This document shows positions 63,397-64,000 of a stretch of 64,000 bases of DNA, piece after piece. The stretch is taken from NCBI GenBank assembly GCA_036258555.1, contig DATADL010000250.1, positions 1,226 through 65,225 of the forward strand, written 5' to 3'. A model generated the notes under the pieces. The model saw nothing but the letters and a program-made list of their open reading frames with translations. It had not been told where the DNA came from and did no database searches. The stretch comes from Actinomycetota bacterium (GTDB lineage: Bacteria > Actinomycetota > CADDZG01 > WHSQ01). Each line of letters begins with the position of its first letter. Positions within the stretch are counted from its first letter, which is position 1. Made by a program: the position numbers and the translations under genes.

Positions 63397-63462
63397 CGGG
63401 TGCCTCCAGTCTGGGGACGGTGGGGTTGGTTGGGGGACGACCTTACCGGGAAGCATTCGGGC

Positions 63463-64000
63463 ATGCCGCGCCTGAGAAGAGCAGACTGCTCGGGCCCGGG
63501 CCTCACGCGACGCCGCCGGGGCAAGGGCTTCGAGTACCTCGACGAGGACGGGAACCGGATAACCGATCCCGAAACCCTGTCGCGCATCCGGACCCTCGTG
63601 ATCCCTCCGGCGTGGACGGACGTCTGGATCTGCCCGCTCCCGAACGGCCATATCCAGGCGGTGGGGACCGACGCGGCGGGCCGGAAGCAGTACATGTACC
63701 ACGAGGACTGGCGCAGGAGGAGGGACGCCGAGAAGTTCGAGCACATGCTCGAGTTCGCCGAGGCACTGCCCGTCATGCGCCGGCGCTGCTCGAGGGACCT
63801 GATGCGCGAGGGATTCCCGAAGGAGCGCGTGCTCGCCTGCGCGGTGAGGCTGCTCGACCGCGGCTTCTTCAGGATCGGGACCGAAGGCTACGCCGAGCAG
63901 AACGAGACCTACGGTCTCGCGACGATGCAGAAGCGGCACGTGACGGTCTCCGGCGACGTCATCACGTTCGACTACGTCGCGAAGAGCGGGAAGCAGAGGA
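63463..64000 (+). CDS. DNA topoisomerase IB (bacterial poxvirus-like type), N-terminal 179 codons; 3' end lies outside the window
   Basis: Absent from the ORF track because no stop is reached. My translation is [83 protein letters not shown]..., which matches the bacterial TopIB N-terminus as I recall it. Confidence 0.8.
   Translation, partial: MPRLRRADCSGPGLTRRRRGKGFEYLDEDGNRITDPETLSRIRTLVIPPAWTDVWICPLPNGHIQAVGTDAAGRKQYMYHEDWRRRRDAEKFEHMLEFAEALPVMRRRCSRDLMREGFPKERVLACAVRLLDRGFFRIGTEGYAEQNETYGLATMQKRHVTVSGDVITFDYVAKSGKQR

Noticed and set aside
56631-64000. Ku, TopIB, RTX and small DNA-binding proteins as a prophage or mobile island
   Set aside because: There is no integrase, transposase, terminal repeats, tRNA target or phage structural genes. 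Housekeeping genes (glpX, an MFS transporter) are interspersed.

Overview
This is a very GC-rich, densely coding bacterial chromosomal window. Gene content and style (many GTG starts, 4-nt ATGA/GTGA gene overlaps, Ala/Arg/Gly-rich proteins) look like Actinomycetota, but that is my inference. I support about 65 protein-coding genes. I found no rRNA, tRNA, CRISPR array, transposase or integrase.

Layout:
- 0-10 kb: a secretome block (M64 peptidase with three tandem repeats, a CBM-like protein, an FG-GAP/ASPIC lipoprotein, an alkaline-phosphatase-family protein), followed by a compact RiPP-like locus with two Cys/Ser/Thr-rich precursor peptides, a stand-alone LanC cyclase and a lipoprotein.
- 10.5-13.1 kb: ATP-dependent DNA ligase plus a LigD-type polymerase domain.
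- 13.8-18.8 kb: a tight three-gene operon with a VioB/RebD/StaD-like large protein, a stand-alone ferritin-like paralogue and an unknown protein.
- 18.9-23.6 kb: glyA, an ArsR regulator with SRPBCC paralogues, tag and a CGNR-finger protein.
- 23.7-27.8 kb: secreted proteases.
- 27.8-30.5 kb: csoR-copZ divergent from a CPH-type copper ATPase.
- 34.7-36.7 kb: a third ferritin-like paralogue operon.
- 36.8-62.4 kb: ABC transporters, envelope genes (DUF3048, phosphodiester glycosidase, sulfotransferase, murJ), rpiB, an HD-GYP protein, an acyl-CoA dehydrogenase, an ABC-esterase-esterase-ATP-grasp cluster, Ku, an RTX-like protein and an MFS transporter.
- 62.4-64.0 kb: glpX and a window-truncated topoisomerase IB.

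The most interesting candidates are the LanB-less two-precursor/LanC locus and the VioB-like/ferritin-like operon that has no partner amino-acid oxidase.

Limits: all family calls come from motif recognition by eye and memory, with no database search. Start codons were chosen by hand from RBS position and frame. Many long ORFs in the supplied track are GC-driven shadow frames and were trimmed or rejected.
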